Positions 31,043-32,000 of a DNA stretch of 32,000 bases are shown here, piece after piece. The stretch is from NCBI GenBank assembly GCA_004563595.2, contig CP042461.1, forward strand, positions 900,001 through 932,000, given 5' to 3'. Source of the stretch: Candidatus Saccharimonadota bacterium (GTDB lineage: Bacteria; Patescibacteriota; Gracilibacteria; BD1-5; UBA6164). Below the pieces are notes generated by a model, which saw only the letters and a program-made list of their open reading frames with translations, ran no database searches and was not told the origin of the DNA. The first letter of the stretch is position 1. Each line of letters opens with the position of its first letter. A program made the position numbers and the translations under genes.

Positions 31043-32000
31043 TTATTCCTCTTCTTGAATAACTTCAATATGAAGTTCTGTTAATTGTTCATCATCTATA
31101 AATGAAGGCGCATTCATCATAGCATCTTGACCTTTTCATGATTTAGGAAAAGCATATACTTCCCTAATATTATGTTCATCCTTGAGAATCATCATAAATC
31201 TATCCATTCAGATAGCAAATCATCCATGTGGAGGAACTCCATATTGAAATGCTTCATACATAGCTCCAAATTTCTCTTGTACTTCTTCTTTTGTTCTTCC
31301 TACTGTTTCAAAAGCTTTTACAAGACTTTCAATATCATGATTACGGATTGAACCTGATAATATTTCATACCCGTTACAAGCAAGATCATATTGAACTGAT
31401 TTTACATCTAACAGATTTTCTTCATTAAATGCTTCTACTCAACCTTTTGGCATAGAGAATGGATTATGTCCAAAATCTATTTTTCCTGTTATTTCATTTT
31501 CTTCAAACATTGGGAAGTCTGTTACCCAACAAAATGCAAGTAAGTCTTTTGAAGCAAGATCCATGAGTTCTGCTAAGTGGATTCTAAATCTTCCCATATA
31601 ATCACAGACTAAATCTTTTTCTCAAGCTCAGAAGAATACTACATCTCAAACTTCAAGCTTTGTAACATTTACTATTTCTTGTAAATCAGCTTCTGTAAAG
31701 AATTTATTGAGAGGTCCTTTTAATCCATCTTCTTTCATTTGAAAATATCCAAGTCCTTTTGCTCCAAATTTTCTTACATAATTTTCAAATCCTTTCATTT
31801 GAGTTTTTGAAAATACATTATCTCCATTTGGAACTCTAATAGCTTTGATTCTGTTTGTTGTTTTATCACTTGCAATAGAAGAAAAAATTTCATTTGTACT
31901 TTTTGCAAAGATATCAATCACATCTACTAATTCTAATCCATATCTTAAATCTGGCTTATCTGAACCATATTTTTCCATTGCATCAGCATAACTCATAGAA
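31043..32000 (-). CDS. aspS: Aspartyl-tRNA synthetase, C-terminal part (5' end outside the window)
   Basis: Open minus-strand frame from 32000 to TAA 31043-31045. [32 protein letters not shown] with both Gly as TGA (31628-31630, 31622-31624), aligning with E. coli [30 protein letters not shown], and class II motif 3 region [17 protein letters not shown]. Confidence 0.93.

Noticed and set aside
1-32000. Interpretation of the fragmented standard-code ORF track as a region of decayed pseudogenes
   Set aside because: All interruptions are TGA, never TAA/TAG, over frames up to 2165 codons. The TGAs coincide with conserved glycines in many unrelated protein families. Recoding explains this; decay does not.
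1-32000. UGA = Trp (table 4, Mollicutes/mitochondria-like) as the alternative recoding
   Set aside because: TGA aligns with invariant Gly (Walker A, LSGG, GMN, KTG, HLGHVF, HRG, poly-Gly tracts), while conserved Trp positions use TGG.
1-32000. Search for CRISPR arrays, tRNA/rRNA genes, transposases, integrases or terminal inverted repeats
   Set aside because: No regularly spaced direct repeats, no cloverleaf-like GC-rich segments and no recombinase motifs were found in any translated frame. The only repeats are the intragenic Trx modules, the 36-nt linker repeat and the pilin N-terminal paralogy.

Overview
This window is only interpretable if UGA is read as glycine (translation table 25, the code of Gracilibacteria/Absconditabacteria-type CPR bacteria). 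In the standard code it looks like short, broken ORFs. With TGA as sense it resolves into 19 tightly packed genes, each a single frame free of TAA/TAG. I checked each main frame codon by codon, and in-frame TGAs fall on invariant glycines of well-known motifs. The DNA is AT-rich and most genes end in clear stem-loop plus T-run terminators. Gene order is as follows. (1) Large polytopic membrane protein, 5' partial. (2) SufS-like cysteine desulfurase. (3) UGA-free hypothetical ORF bracketed by hairpins. (4) FAD-dependent disulfide oxidoreductase fused to a DedA/TVP38 membrane domain. (5) 744-aa pilin-like protein with beta-propeller repeats. (6) Small UGA-free lipoprotein. (7) Operon of a triple-thioredoxin lipoprotein, CcdA and MsrAB. 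(8) ABC-2 exporter pair. (9) 2165-aa thioester-containing alpha-2-macroglobulin homolog. (10) Signal-peptide/C-terminal-anchor hypothetical protein. (11) UGA-free secreted Amidase_6-type protein. (12) PBP1C. (13) CDF transporter. (14) Der GTPase. (15) CorA. (16) Small hypothetical ORF. (17) 628-aa pilin-like protein with a glycine-rich C-terminus. (18) 3' part of aspS. No rRNA, tRNA, CRISPR array, transposase or integrase was seen. The most interesting points are the recoding itself and a minority class of four UGA-free ORFs that also carry Shine-Dalgarno-like motifs the recoded genes lack, which suggests import from standard-code organisms. Also notable are the A2M / amidase / PBP1C envelope cluster, the extracytoplasmic methionine-sulfoxide repair operon with a triplicated thioredoxin module, and two giant pilin-like surface proteins. 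Functional calls rest on motif recognition by eye; no database search was possible.
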